64,000 nucleotides of DNA, from assembly GCA_032718475.1 (NCBI GenBank), contig JAUCBJ010001846.1:372001-436000 (forward strand). Direction: 5' to 3'. Origin of the DNA: Nemertoderma westbladi (taxonomy: Eukaryota > Animalia > Xenacoelomorpha). The position numbers and the translations under genes are program-made. Below are positions 10,376 through 20,044 of this stretch, in pieces (the first letter of the stretch is position 1; the number at the start of each line of letters is the position of its first letter). The notes beneath the pieces are model-generated. The model searched no databases, was not told the DNA's origin, and worked only from the letters and a program-made list of their open reading frames with translations.

Positions 10376-11029
10376 ATGGGCAGTGAATTAAAAATTTTTC
10401 AACTCAAATTAAAACAAGCCCTTCAGCAAAACCGTATTCCTTTAAAACAAAAACAGGTCGCAGACTTTTTAGGGGTGAGTATTGGTACCGCTTGGCATTA
10501 TTTAAATGGCACACGTATACCGCGCTATTCTAAACTAGATGAAATGGCCAAGCGTTTGGGTGTGAGCACCCAATTTTTGCTTACCAATAACCGTTTTTCA
10601 GATAAGCTGCATCAACAAAGTGCGCTCTCATTTGCACAAGATAGTGCCATCATCAATCAACATTTGATCACTTTGCCGATGATTGATGTTACCCAATTTA
10701 TCAAAAACCCTGAAACGTATATGACCTATCACAACCAAACCATGGTGCTAAACGAAAACATTATTCAACAAATGCTAGGCTTACAGCAGCGGGCAGATCA
10801 TTTAGTGGTATGTTGGAATCACCCACAAGGCCAGCCATTTTTTAAACGTTTTGATTGGGTGTTAGGGACATCAGTATTTACAGACAAACCAGCTGTTTAT
10901 TTAGTGGAAGATGCAAAACATAACATTCGTTATCAGCAACTTGACCAAACCGATTTTACCAAGCAATTTGTCAAGAAAGACACGCTGTTATTTAAAATGC
11001 TTTATCAAATGCGTGGGGAATTATTATGA
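10376..11029 (+). CDS. XRE-family HTH transcriptional regulator with repressor-like C-terminal region
   Basis: QKQVADFLGVSIGTAWHYLNGTRIP...AKRLGVSTQFLL Cro/CI-type HTH. Confidence 0.75.
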   Translation: MGSELKIFQLKLKQALQQNRIPLKQKQVADFLGVSIGTAWHYLNGTRIPRYSKLDEMAKRLGVSTQFLLTNNRFSDKLHQQSALSFAQDSAIINQHLITLPMIDVTQFIKNPETYMTYHNQTMVLNENIIQQMLGLQQRADHLVVCWNHPQGQPFFKRFDWVLGTSVFTDKPAVYLVEDAKHNIRYQQLDQTDFTKQFVKKDTLLFKMLYQMRGELL

Positions 11030-11955
11030 GTAAAAAGTATTACATTAGTGCTCAGTATTGCTTTTATCCGCAAAACAGTCTGGAAGCATTGAAAGCAGAA
11101 TTGCTAGATGTTCTGCAAAACAATAATATTCAAGGCACACTTTTAATTGCCCCGGAAGGCATCAATGGCACCGTGGCTTCAACCAGCCAAAGCGCTATTA
11201 AAACATTACAAACTTATTTAACTGAACAATACCCTGCTATTGTTTTTAAAAACTCAGTGGCAGAACATAACCTTCCACCATTTTATCGGGCTAAGGTGGT
11301 GATTAAAAAAGAAATTGTAGGCTTGGGCGAGCCTGACCTACAGGTTCACAAAAAAACAGGCGCATATGTACAACCAAAAGATTGGAATGCATTGATCAAT
11401 GACCCCAATGTTTTATTGATTGATACCCGTAATGACTATGAATATAAAATTGGCACCTTTCAAAACGCCCAAAATCCCCATACTAAAACATTTCGAGAGT
11501 TCCCCAAGTTTGTAAAACAACATGTTAAAAGGGATCAAAAAATTGCGATGTTTTGCACCGGCGGTATTCGCTGTGAAAAGGCCAGTAGCTGGTTGTTAGA
11601 AAAGGGTTATCAAAACGTTTATCAGCTAGATGGGGGGATATTAAATTATTTAGAATCGGTTGACCAAAAAGATTCACTGTGGCAAGGAGAATGTTTTGTA
11701 TTTGATAATCGTGTCTCAGTTGACCACAAGCTAAAACCCGGGCACTATAACCTATGCCATGGTTGTAGGCAACCGATTACTGAACAAGAAAAACAAAGCC
11801 CACTGTATCAAGCAGGGGTGAGCTGCCCGTATTGTTATGATCAATTATCCACTGAACAAAAAAAGCGCTTCAAAGAACGCCACAAACAAGTTCAATTGGC
11901 CAAGCAAAAGGGGCAAGCTCATATTGGTCAAACTTTGCAAGCAAAAAACACATGA
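11026..11955 (+). CDS. trhO: Rhodanese-domain tRNA hydroxylase TrhO (YceA)
   Basis: EGINGT, DTRNDYE, FCTGGIRCEKAS, GECFVFDNR. Confidence 0.93.
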   Translation: MSKKYYISAQYCFYPQNSLEALKAELLDVLQNNNIQGTLLIAPEGINGTVASTSQSAIKTLQTYLTEQYPAIVFKNSVAEHNLPPFYRAKVVIKKEIVGLGEPDLQVHKKTGAYVQPKDWNALINDPNVLLIDTRNDYEYKIGTFQNAQNPHTKTFREFPKFVKQHVKRDQKIAMFCTGGIRCEKASSWLLEKGYQNVYQLDGGILNYLESVDQKDSLWQGECFVFDNRVSVDHKLKPGHYNLCHGCRQPITEQEKQSPLYQAGVSCPYCYDQLSTEQKKRFKERHKQVQLAKQKGQAHIGQTLQAKNT

Positions 11956-13112
11956 ATTCCTACCTAAAACAACTCAACCCTTACCCGTTTACCAAACTTG
12001 ATCAACTACTTGAAGGCATTACCCCGCGTTTAGACCTCATTAACCTATCGGTCGGTGAACCAAAACTATCCATTCCAAAAACCATTCGTGAAACCTTGAT
12101 TCAACATGCCAACCAACCCCACGTGCCTTACAACAAAGTGGGGGGGCATTTATACCTTCGTAAAGCCATTGCAAGTTATTTAACCAAGCGCTTTGGTTTA
12201 CCATCTGATGCAATTGATCTTGACCAACACATTCTGCCATTAAATGGCACACGGGAAGGCTTATTTTCAGTTGCTCAAGCCTTGGGGGTGCCCACCCAAT
12301 CGGTGTTGATGCCTGATCCGTGTTATCAAATTTATGAAGGGGCAGCGATTATGTTAGGGGCAAAATCGGTTTCAATGGCAGGTGATCCGCAAAATGGTTT
12401 TGTGCTTGATCCCAAACAGCTTTCAGCCAAACAACTTCGTGATTGCACCTTAATGTATGTTTGCTCACCTACAAACCCTGGGGGTGTGAATTTATCTAAA
12501 CAAGCCTTTATGCAATTGTTTGAGTTAGCTGATCAATACAATTTTTGCTTGCTCATTGATGAATGCTACCTTGATCTATATTTAGAAACACCCACATGCA
12601 GCGCACTAACCTATGCCATTGAATCAGGGCGCACAGATTTTAAAAACATGATTGTATTTCATAGTCTTTCCAAGCGCTCTAACATGGCAGGCTTGCGTTC
12701 AGGGTTTGCTTTTGGTGATGCCAACTACATGGCTAAATTCAAAAAATACCGAACCTATCATGGGGTGACCATGCCAGATTTAATCCAACAAGCTTCATCG
12801 GTGGCATGGCTGGACGACACCCATGTCGAAAAAAACCGCCAGCACTATCAAAAAAACATCGAAATTGCCAGATATTACCTAGGTGATTGGGTCAGCAAGT
12901 GGCCACAAGTTGGCTTTTTTATTTTGCTAAATGCAGATGATGATTTGAGTCTCACTAAAAACTTGTACGAACACGCTGGCATTAAAGTATTGCCATTGCA
13001 GTTTTTGACTCGTCATTCAATGAAAAGCCAATATGTTCGGGTCGCCCTTGTGCATGCGCATGAGATAATTGAACAGGCTTGCAAACGCATACGAAAACAT
13101 TTATCAACTTAA
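11952..13112 (+). CDS. dapC: N-succinyldiaminopimelate aminotransferase
   Basis: [32 protein letters not shown]; adjacent to dapD. Confidence 0.9.
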   Translation: MNSYLKQLNPYPFTKLDQLLEGITPRLDLINLSVGEPKLSIPKTIRETLIQHANQPHVPYNKVGGHLYLRKAIASYLTKRFGLPSDAIDLDQHILPLNGTREGLFSVAQALGVPTQSVLMPDPCYQIYEGAAIMLGAKSVSMAGDPQNGFVLDPKQLSAKQLRDCTLMYVCSPTNPGGVNLSKQAFMQLFELADQYNFCLLIDECYLDLYLETPTCSALTYAIESGRTDFKNMIVFHSLSKRSNMAGLRSGFAFGDANYMAKFKKYRTYHGVTMPDLIQQASSVAWLDDTHVEKNRQHYQKNIEIARYYLGDWVSKWPQVGFFILLNADDDLSLTKNLYEHAGIKVLPLQFLTRHSMKSQYVRVALVHAHEIIEQACKRIRKHLST

Positions 13113-13126
13113 AAAAAGGGATTTAT

Positions 13127-13951
13127 ATGAACGAACTATTCATTCAAATCATCAACGATGCTTTTGAAAATATTAACAACCTATCTAGCATGCATAATTT
13201 AGCTGAAATTAGACGAGCCGTTGACCATGCCCTTGATATGCTCGATCGTGGTGAACTTCGCGTGGCCGAGCCCACCAAAGATGGCTGGCAAGTCAACCAG
13301 TGGCTGAAAAAAGCCATTTTATTATCATTTAGGCTTGCCGATAATCAACTGATCAGTGATGGTAAAACCCATTACTTCGATAAAGTGCCTTTAAAATATG
13401 CAAACACAAGCGAAGCGCAAATGGCTAAAAACAATGTACGTGTTGTGCCGCCCGCTATCGTGCGCTTTGGTGCCTATGTGGCGCCACAGGCCGTGCTGAT
13501 GCCCTCTTACGTCAACATTGGGGCGTATGTGGGGGCAGGCAGTATGGTCGATACTTGGGCGACTGTGGGTTCATGTGCTCAAATTGGAAAAAACGTTCAT
13601 CTTTCAGGCGGTGTGGGCATTGGCGGAGTGCTAGAGCCTTTACAAGCCAACCCCACCATTATTGAAGATAACTGTTTTATTGGTGCTCGTTCTGAAATTG
13701 TAGAAGGGGTGGTGGTGAAAAAAAATTCGGTGATCTCTATGGGGGTTTTTATTGGGCAAAGCACCAAAATTTATCATCGTGACACCAAAAAAATTACCTA
13801 TGGTGTGGTGCCTGAAGGGGCGGTGGTAGTACCAGGGAGTTTACCAAGTAGTGATGGCTCGCACTGCCTTAATTGTGCTGTAATTGTAAAACAGGTCGAT
13901 GAAAAAACCCGATCAAAGGTGAGCATTAACGAATTGCTTCGGGCAGAGTAA
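13127..13951 (+). CDS. dapD: Tetrahydrodipicolinate N-succinyltransferase
   Basis: [40 protein letters not shown]. Confidence 0.98.
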   Translation: MNELFIQIINDAFENINNLSSMHNLAEIRRAVDHALDMLDRGELRVAEPTKDGWQVNQWLKKAILLSFRLADNQLISDGKTHYFDKVPLKYANTSEAQMAKNNVRVVPPAIVRFGAYVAPQAVLMPSYVNIGAYVGAGSMVDTWATVGSCAQIGKNVHLSGGVGIGGVLEPLQANPTIIEDNCFIGARSEIVEGVVVKKNSVISMGVFIGQSTKIYHRDTKKITYGVVPEGAVVVPGSLPSSDGSHCLNCAVIVKQVDEKTRSKVSINELLRAE

Positions 13952-13954
13952 AAG

Positions 13955-14431
13955 TTGAAGCTAACGGGGTATTTTTTAGTCAACACGCCAATGGGAGGCA
14001 TTAAAGCAGTGCTTGATCAAGGGGTTTATCAGCAAGTGTCTTGGCAAGTAGATGAGCCATTAAAAACAGCACCTATTGAACTGCAAACCTATTTTAATCA
14101 ATATTTTTTGCATCAAAAGCCTTTAGGAAAGGTAGCAATCAACTTAAGTAATATGTCCGCCTTTTCTAGGGATGTCTTAAGCCATGTTAAAATCATTGCA
14201 TTTGGTCAAGTAATAAGCTACCAAGCCGTTGCAAAAGCGATTGGTCAGCCACATGCCTTTCGAGCCGTGGGGCAGGCTTTAAAACGTAACCCGTTTGTGC
14301 TGATTATTCCTTGCCATCGGGTGGTGCCTAAAAGTTTTCCAAGCAATGTTGGGGGGTATTTGGGCAAACAGGTGGATAAAAAAAGTGATTTACTCAAACT
14401 TGAAGGACACCATCACAAATCGTTTAATTGA
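13955..14431 (+). CDS. ogt: Methylated-DNA--protein-cysteine methyltransferase
   Basis: RAVGQAL..NP..IIPCHRV active-site motif. Confidence 0.88.
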   Translation: MKLTGYFLVNTPMGGIKAVLDQGVYQQVSWQVDEPLKTAPIELQTYFNQYFLHQKPLGKVAINLSNMSAFSRDVLSHVKIIAFGQVISYQAVAKAIGQPHAFRAVGQALKRNPFVLIIPCHRVVPKSFPSNVGGYLGKQVDKKSDLLKLEGHHHKSFN

Positions 14432-14496
14432 TGATTGTTGTTAAGTTGGCCTCTAAATTAGTTATTCATTATTGCTAGGCATTTCAGGGAATATAG

Positions 14497-15324
14497 ATGA
14501 TTAAAAAAGATAAAATGTTGCCATCTGTCGCGCCACAAAAAGGTGTGGCGCTTATTGATCAGCAAATTGAAAAAGGAAATCAGATACTTAAAAAGGGTAT
14601 TGATGCCAATTAATATAATGCATGGAAGGTTGTTACAAAGGATTTTCTTTTAAAGGCGTTTGGATCATCCTCACCCAATATTACTGCGTTTAAGCGTGCT
14701 GGAATGACCACTTTTTTAACGGATGATGATGAACAAGCGCGGAAAAATCATCTCACTGAAATTTTAAAAGCACAAGTTGCAATGATGGAAGGTTTAGTCG
14801 AGGTTTTAAATGCACAGATAGCCCTAAACCAAGGCATTGATAAAGCGCCATCCGTTGATACAAAAATATCCCCTGATGCAAACACTGTCTTTTTAGTTCA
14901 TGGGCAGGATGATGGGGCAAAAGAAACGGTTGCCCGACATATCGAAAATTTAGGTTTAACGCTAACCATCCTTCACGAAAAGCCTAATCAAGGCAGAACA
15001 CTTATCGAAAATTTTGAAGATTACGCAAATGTGGCATTTGTTGTCGTGCTATTAACACCAGATGACCAAGGGGGTTTGGCTACCTTGGATTATGAATCCC
15101 AAACTAAACGTGCGCGACAGAATGTTATTTTTGAGCTTGGGTTTTTTATTGGAAAGTTAGGGAGAGATCGGGTTTGTGGGCTTTATTGTGAGGGCGTTGA
15201 GATTTCTTCTGATTATTCTGGTGTGTTGTGTATTAAATTCGATAAGAAAGAGGCATGGAAATTACCTTTGGTAAAAGAGATAAAAGCAGTGGAAATCAAC
15301 ATTGATATGAACAAAGTGTCGTGA
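14497..15324 (+). pseudogene. TIR-like nucleotide-binding (Cap12/PycTIR-type) protein interrupted by an in-frame TAA at 14611-14613; 14704-15324 remains open
   Basis: VFLVHG, LLTPDD, RARQNVIFELGFFIGKLGR, SDYSG motifs; upstream ATG 14497 is in the same frame with a single stop. Confidence 0.8.
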
Positions 15325-15551
15325 AAATAACGCTTAATAAGCACACAGGCAATGCCTTGGGTGGGGGTTAGAGATATTATTTTTTTCAAACCCAGCACCC
15401 AATGCTTGTGCACTAGCAGTTGCGGACAATATCAAAATATTTTGAAAAAATAAAAAACTTCAATGATCTGGATTTAAGCAGCCTAACAACACTACAATGA
15501 CACATTAGATAGTTCATAATAAATGTTAATTAAAATTGAGCGTTACAACAA

Positions 15552-16811
15552 ATGAGAGAAAAAAGTTTTATTTTTGCAAACACGGGTAAACAAGCCAGAA
15601 AATCATCCAAGCAAATTTCGTGTGCGCCAACCGCCCAAAAAAATGAGGCTTTGTCCCGGTTAGTGGATCAGCTTCAAGCCAATATAAACAAAATTATGGC
15701 TGAAAATGAAAAAGATATTCAATTTGCAAAAGATAAGGGATTATCAGATGCCATGATTGATCGGTTGTGCTTGGATCAGGATCGCATTGATCAAATGTGT
15801 GAAAGTGTTCAAAAAGTGATCAGTTTAGATGATGTGGTGGGAGAAGTAAAAGAGATGAAAATGATGCCATCTGGCATTCAGGTAGGTAAAATGCGCGTGC
15901 CCATCGGCGTGATTGGTATCATTTATGAATCCCGCCCCAATGTCACCTGTGATGTGTCTGCCCTTTGTTTAAAATCTGGTAACTCAGTGATTTTACGCGG
16001 CGGTAAAGAGGCCATACATTCTAATTACATCATTGCCCAATTGGTTCAAAAAGCCTTAATTGAAAGTGAACTTGACCCCTATATTGTCCAAATTATTCCT
16101 GTCTCTGATCGGCGCATCGTACAAGAGATGATCACCCACCCCGAATGGGTGGATTTAATTATCCCAAGGGGGGGTCGGCAGTTGATTGAAGCGGTTTCAT
16201 CTGATGCTAAAATCCCTGTACTCAAGCATTTAGATGGGGTGTGCCACACCTATGTGGATAAATATTGCAATGTGGCTGATGTAGTACCGGTGGTGGTAAA
16301 TGCCAAGACACGTCGATTTAGTATTTGTAATGCCACCGAGACCGTGTTGGTGCATGATGCAGTTTCTCAAAGTGTGTTGGAATTTTTAGTGCCTGAGCTT
16401 TTAGCCAAAGGGGTTGAGCTACGTGGCTGTGAAAAAATATTGAAACTATTCCCATCACTGGACCAAGCCACTGAAAAAGACTGGTATACGGAATATTTAT
16501 CACCCATTTTATCCATCCGAATTGTCTCTAGTATTGACTCAGCCATTTCACATATTCAAGAGTACGGGTCTTGCCATACCGATGCTATCTTAACCACACA
16601 CCTTGGGCGGGCGAATTTATTCGTCAACCAAGTCAATTCAAGTTCTGTGATGGTCAACTGTTCCACCCAATTTGCGGATGGTTTTGAATATGGCTTGGGA
16701 GCTGAAGTGGGGATCAGTACCGATAAACTACATGCTCGTGGGCCGATTGGTTTAGAAGGGCTCACCAATCAAAAATATGTTGTTTATGGGCAAAATAGCC
16801 TTCGCCCTTAA
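15552..16811 (+). CDS. proA: Gamma-glutamyl phosphate reductase
   Basis: IYESRPNVT, LRGGKEA, CNATET, GAEVGISTDKLHARGP. Confidence 0.98.
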   Translation: MREKSFIFANTGKQARKSSKQISCAPTAQKNEALSRLVDQLQANINKIMAENEKDIQFAKDKGLSDAMIDRLCLDQDRIDQMCESVQKVISLDDVVGEVKEMKMMPSGIQVGKMRVPIGVIGIIYESRPNVTCDVSALCLKSGNSVILRGGKEAIHSNYIIAQLVQKALIESELDPYIVQIIPVSDRRIVQEMITHPEWVDLIIPRGGRQLIEAVSSDAKIPVLKHLDGVCHTYVDKYCNVADVVPVVVNAKTRRFSICNATETVLVHDAVSQSVLEFLVPELLAKGVELRGCEKILKLFPSLDQATEKDWYTEYLSPILSIRIVSSIDSAISHIQEYGSCHTDAILTTHLGRANLFVNQVNSSSVMVNCSTQFADGFEYGLGAEVGISTDKLHARGPIGLEGLTNQKYVVYGQNSLRP

Positions 16812-17403
16812 AAAACAAGCAACTTGTGTAGCCATTTTGGGCGGCGCGTTTGACCCACCCCATTTTGGTCATATTTATATGACTGCTATGGCGAATTTGT
16901 ATTTACCCATTGAGCATACCTACATTGTGCCCAGCGCTAATCGTTTGGACAAACCCCATATTCATGCCACCGCCACGCAGCGCATAGAAATGTTAAGGGG
17001 TTATTTTAAGCATGCACAAAACGTCAGCATTAGTGATTATGAACTTCAACACCCTCAGCAAAAAAGCCGCACCTTTCACACATTAAAATATTTTACCAAG
17101 CACTATAAAAGGGTGTATTTATTGATGGGGCAAGATGCTTGGGCAGGATTTAATGATTGGTATCAGGCCAAGGAAGTTAGATCAATGGCAAAAATTGTTG
17201 TTTTTTCAAGAACGGGTTTTTCGAGTTTGGATCAAAAGGATCAAAGAAGCGTCCAATTTATTCAAATGCCCCCTATTTGTGCAACCTCTAGCCAACTGCG
17301 CTTGAGCATCAAAAACGGTGAAACAAAACAATTGCTCAATCAACTACCCCATTGTGTATTAGAATACATTCATGAAAATAAGCTCTACAAAACATGCCAA
17401 TGA
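16777..17403 (+). CDS. nadD: Nicotinate-nucleotide adenylyltransferase (start uncertain)
   Basis: GGAFDPPHFGH, LMGQD, SSQLR, YIHENKLY. Confidence 0.93.
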   Translation: MLFMGKIAFALKKQATCVAILGGAFDPPHFGHIYMTAMANLYLPIEHTYIVPSANRLDKPHIHATATQRIEMLRGYFKHAQNVSISDYELQHPQQKSRTFHTLKYFTKHYKRVYLLMGQDAWAGFNDWYQAKEVRSMAKIVVFSRTGFSSLDQKDQRSVQFIQMPPICATSSQLRLSIKNGETKQLLNQLPHCVLEYIHENKLYKTCQ

Positions 17404-17722
17404 TTTGGCAGATCGAATCATTGATTGCCTCTCAGATATTAAGGCAGAAGATATCAATCAATTTGACCTATCCACTGATCAATGTAGCGATTTTGACACC
17501 GTTATTATCACCACTGGTCGGTCAGACAGACACACCAAAGCCATTGTAAGGCACGTAGTCGATGCATTGCGTGATCAAGGCATTCGCCCTTTTAGCATTG
17601 AGGGTGAGCAAGCAGGTAGGTGGATTTTGATTGACTTAGGCGATGTGGTGTTACATGTCATGCAGCGTGAGGCAAGACAGTACTACCAGCTTGAGAAAAT
17701 ATGGGACATTGATGAACATTGA
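17372..17722 (+). CDS. rsfS: Ribosome silencing factor
   Basis: KAEDI, WILIDLGDVVLHVM, R.YYQLEKIW. Confidence 0.95.
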   Translation: MKISSTKHANDLADRIIDCLSDIKAEDINQFDLSTDQCSDFDTVIITTGRSDRHTKAIVRHVVDALRDQGIRPFSIEGEQAGRWILIDLGDVVLHVMQREARQYYQLEKIWDIDEH

Positions 17723-18179
17723 GATTTATTATTTAACCAGCAGCAAAAAATTAGACTGGGTGAGTGAGCCGATCAAGGATTATCTGTCACGTCTACCTAA
17801 TTTTTGGAAGGTGAGTATTCAACCTATTTATACCAAGCATCATCAAAATAAGGGGGCGAGTGAAATTCTTTTACAAGAATCAAAAAAAATAGAGTCTGCC
17901 ATTGGGGCTCGGCCTTGTTTAATTGCACTAGATAAAGGCGGCACACAACTAAGCACTGAAAAGTTTGCACAAAAAATGCAGCAGTTTTCAACCCAACATA
18001 CACTAATCACCTTTTTGATTGGCAGTGCCGTGGGGCTTTCTGAACAATTGATTAAAAAAGCAGAGCATGTGTGGTCATTCTCACTTTTAACCTTGCCGCA
18101 TAGGCTGGCACGACTGCTTTTGGTAGAACAAATTTATCGATCCTATGCATTTTTAAACCAACATCCCTATTACAAATAA
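17712..18179 (+). CDS. rlmH: 23S rRNA pseudouridine-1915 N3-methyltransferase
   Basis: FLIGSAVGL, SLLTLPH, EQIYR, HPYY. Confidence 0.93.
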   Translation: MNIEIYYLTSSKKLDWVSEPIKDYLSRLPNFWKVSIQPIYTKHHQNKGASEILLQESKKIESAIGARPCLIALDKGGTQLSTEKFAQKMQQFSTQHTLITFLIGSAVGLSEQLIKKAEHVWSFSLLTLPHRLARLLLVEQIYRSYAFLNQHPYYK

Positions 18180-18180
18180 C

Positions 18181-19209
18181 ATGCCAAACAGTTTTCAAGC
18201 GCTTTTAATTGAATTGGTAGAAATACGCACCTTGAGTAATGCCCAATTTGAACAAGCATTTTCACATATTTTGTCGGGTCAAATTAATAGTGGGCAAATT
18301 GCTGCTTTTTTAACCACTTTGAAACTACTAGGTGAAAAGCCTGAACAACTAGTCGCTTTGGCTAAAACCTTGAAATCCGTTCAAAAAACGGTAACCGTTG
18401 AGCACACAAAGTATTTAGTCGATAACTGTGGCACAGGCGGTGATGGGGCTAATTTGGTCAATATCTCCACCGCCGCCGCTTTTGTGGCATCAAGCGCTGG
18501 GGCACAGGTGGCAAAGCACGGTAACCGCGGTATTTCAAGCAACAGTGGCAGTGCAGATGTGCTGGAGTCTTTAGAGGCAAACCTTGCACTTTCGTGCAAT
18601 CAAATTGCCCAATGCCTTGAAAAAATTCACCTAGCCTTTATGTTTGCACCCCAACATCACGCTGCGATTGCCCATGTTGGGGCGGTTAGAAAATTGTTAG
18701 GGTATCGAACTATTTTCAACCTCGTAGGCCCCTTGGTGAACCCTGCCAATGTTAAACACCAACTGATTGGCGTGTTTGATCAAAAATGGCTTCATTTTAT
18801 GGCAGAGGCTGCTGTGCTTTTGGGCGCCAAGCATGTGATGGTAGTGCATTCACATGATGGATTAAATGAGCTAAGCATCGCCGATAAAACTAATGTTGTG
18901 GAATATTGTGAAGGCAAAAAGAAGGCATACACTGTTTGCCCAGAGGATGTGGGTTTAGATCGCTTCTTACTTGATTCACTCAAAGTTAAATCACCTGAGC
19001 AAAGTGCAAAAATGATTCGCGAGGCTTTTTTGGGCCAACATAAACCAGCTCAGGCCATGATCGCGCTAAATGCAGGGGCTTGTTTGTACGTTTCAGGTCG
19101 CTGTAGTAGCCTTCAAGCCGGTGTGGATAAGGCGAAAATGGTGATTGAATCAGGCCAAGCAGTTGAAAAATTAGATGCTTTTGTTCAATTAACGCAATCG
19201 TTTGAATGA
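18181..19209 (+). CDS. trpD: Anthranilate phosphoribosyltransferase
   Basis: CGTGGDG, NIST, KHGNR..SS.SGSAD, RTIFNLVGP. Confidence 0.97.
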   Translation: MPNSFQALLIELVEIRTLSNAQFEQAFSHILSGQINSGQIAAFLTTLKLLGEKPEQLVALAKTLKSVQKTVTVEHTKYLVDNCGTGGDGANLVNISTAAAFVASSAGAQVAKHGNRGISSNSGSADVLESLEANLALSCNQIAQCLEKIHLAFMFAPQHHAAIAHVGAVRKLLGYRTIFNLVGPLVNPANVKHQLIGVFDQKWLHFMAEAAVLLGAKHVMVVHSHDGLNELSIADKTNVVEYCEGKKKAYTVCPEDVGLDRFLLDSLKVKSPEQSAKMIREAFLGQHKPAQAMIALNAGACLYVSGRCSSLQAGVDKAKMVIESGQAVEKLDAFVQLTQSFE

Positions 19210-20000
19210 ATCTTTTAAAAAACATTTTAGCGTCAAAAAAAGAGTGGTTAGCTCATCAACAAAAAACGTTGCCCACAAGCAAGCTAGAGAGCCAACTAGG
19301 GGATATTTCACTTGAAAAAGCCCCCATTTTTGCAAGTACCTTAAAACAGCGTGTTGATGGGCAAAAAAATGCCTTAATTGCTGAATTTAAACGTGCATCC
19401 CCCAGTCAAGGAGATTTAGGCAAAACACTACATGAGGTGTGCGAGGTTTATCGTAAAAAACAGGTGACTTGTATCTCTGTATTGACAGATCAGCCCTATT
19501 TTAAAGGCTGTTTTGAAGACATTAAGCAATTTAGGTTAAAAACCAAACAACTCATTTTGTGCAAAGATTTTATCATCGACCCGTATCAACTTTTTTTAGC
19601 CAAAGCCTATGGAGCCGATTGTGTGTTATTAATTGCCGATATTTTACCCAACAACCAATTAAAAACACTTTATCAGCTAGCCACACAACTTAAAATGGAT
19701 GTATTAATTGAATTATTTGATCAAACTCACCTGCCTAATATTTTAAATTTAGAACCCAAAATGGTGGGGATTAACAGTCGAAATTTAGCGAATCTTTCAG
19801 TTAATTTAGAAAATATTACCAATGTGGTCAAACAAATCCCAAAACCCATCATCACCATTGCTGAAAGTGGCATTCAATCGCACAAGGAGGTTGAGCATCT
19901 TAATCAGCATGGTATTTACGCCTTTTTAATGGGTCATACCTTTTTGATTTCGGCTAATATTTCAAAAAAAATTAATAAATTATTTCCTCAAGGATTTTAA
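19206..20000 (+). CDS. trpC: Indole-3-glycerol phosphate synthase
   Basis: IAEFKRASPS, SVLTD, KDFIIDPYQ, GINSRNL, AESGI. Confidence 0.96.
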   Translation: MNLLKNILASKKEWLAHQQKTLPTSKLESQLGDISLEKAPIFASTLKQRVDGQKNALIAEFKRASPSQGDLGKTLHEVCEVYRKKQVTCISVLTDQPYFKGCFEDIKQFRLKTKQLILCKDFIIDPYQLFLAKAYGADCVLLIADILPNNQLKTLYQLATQLKMDVLIELFDQTHLPNILNLEPKMVGINSRNLANLSVNLENITNVVKQIPKPIITIAESGIQSHKEVEHLNQHGIYAFLMGHTFLISANISKKINKLFPQGF

Positions 20001-20044
20001 TTAAATGACTATAGGGTTACACTATTTCTGATAGTGAGAGGAGG

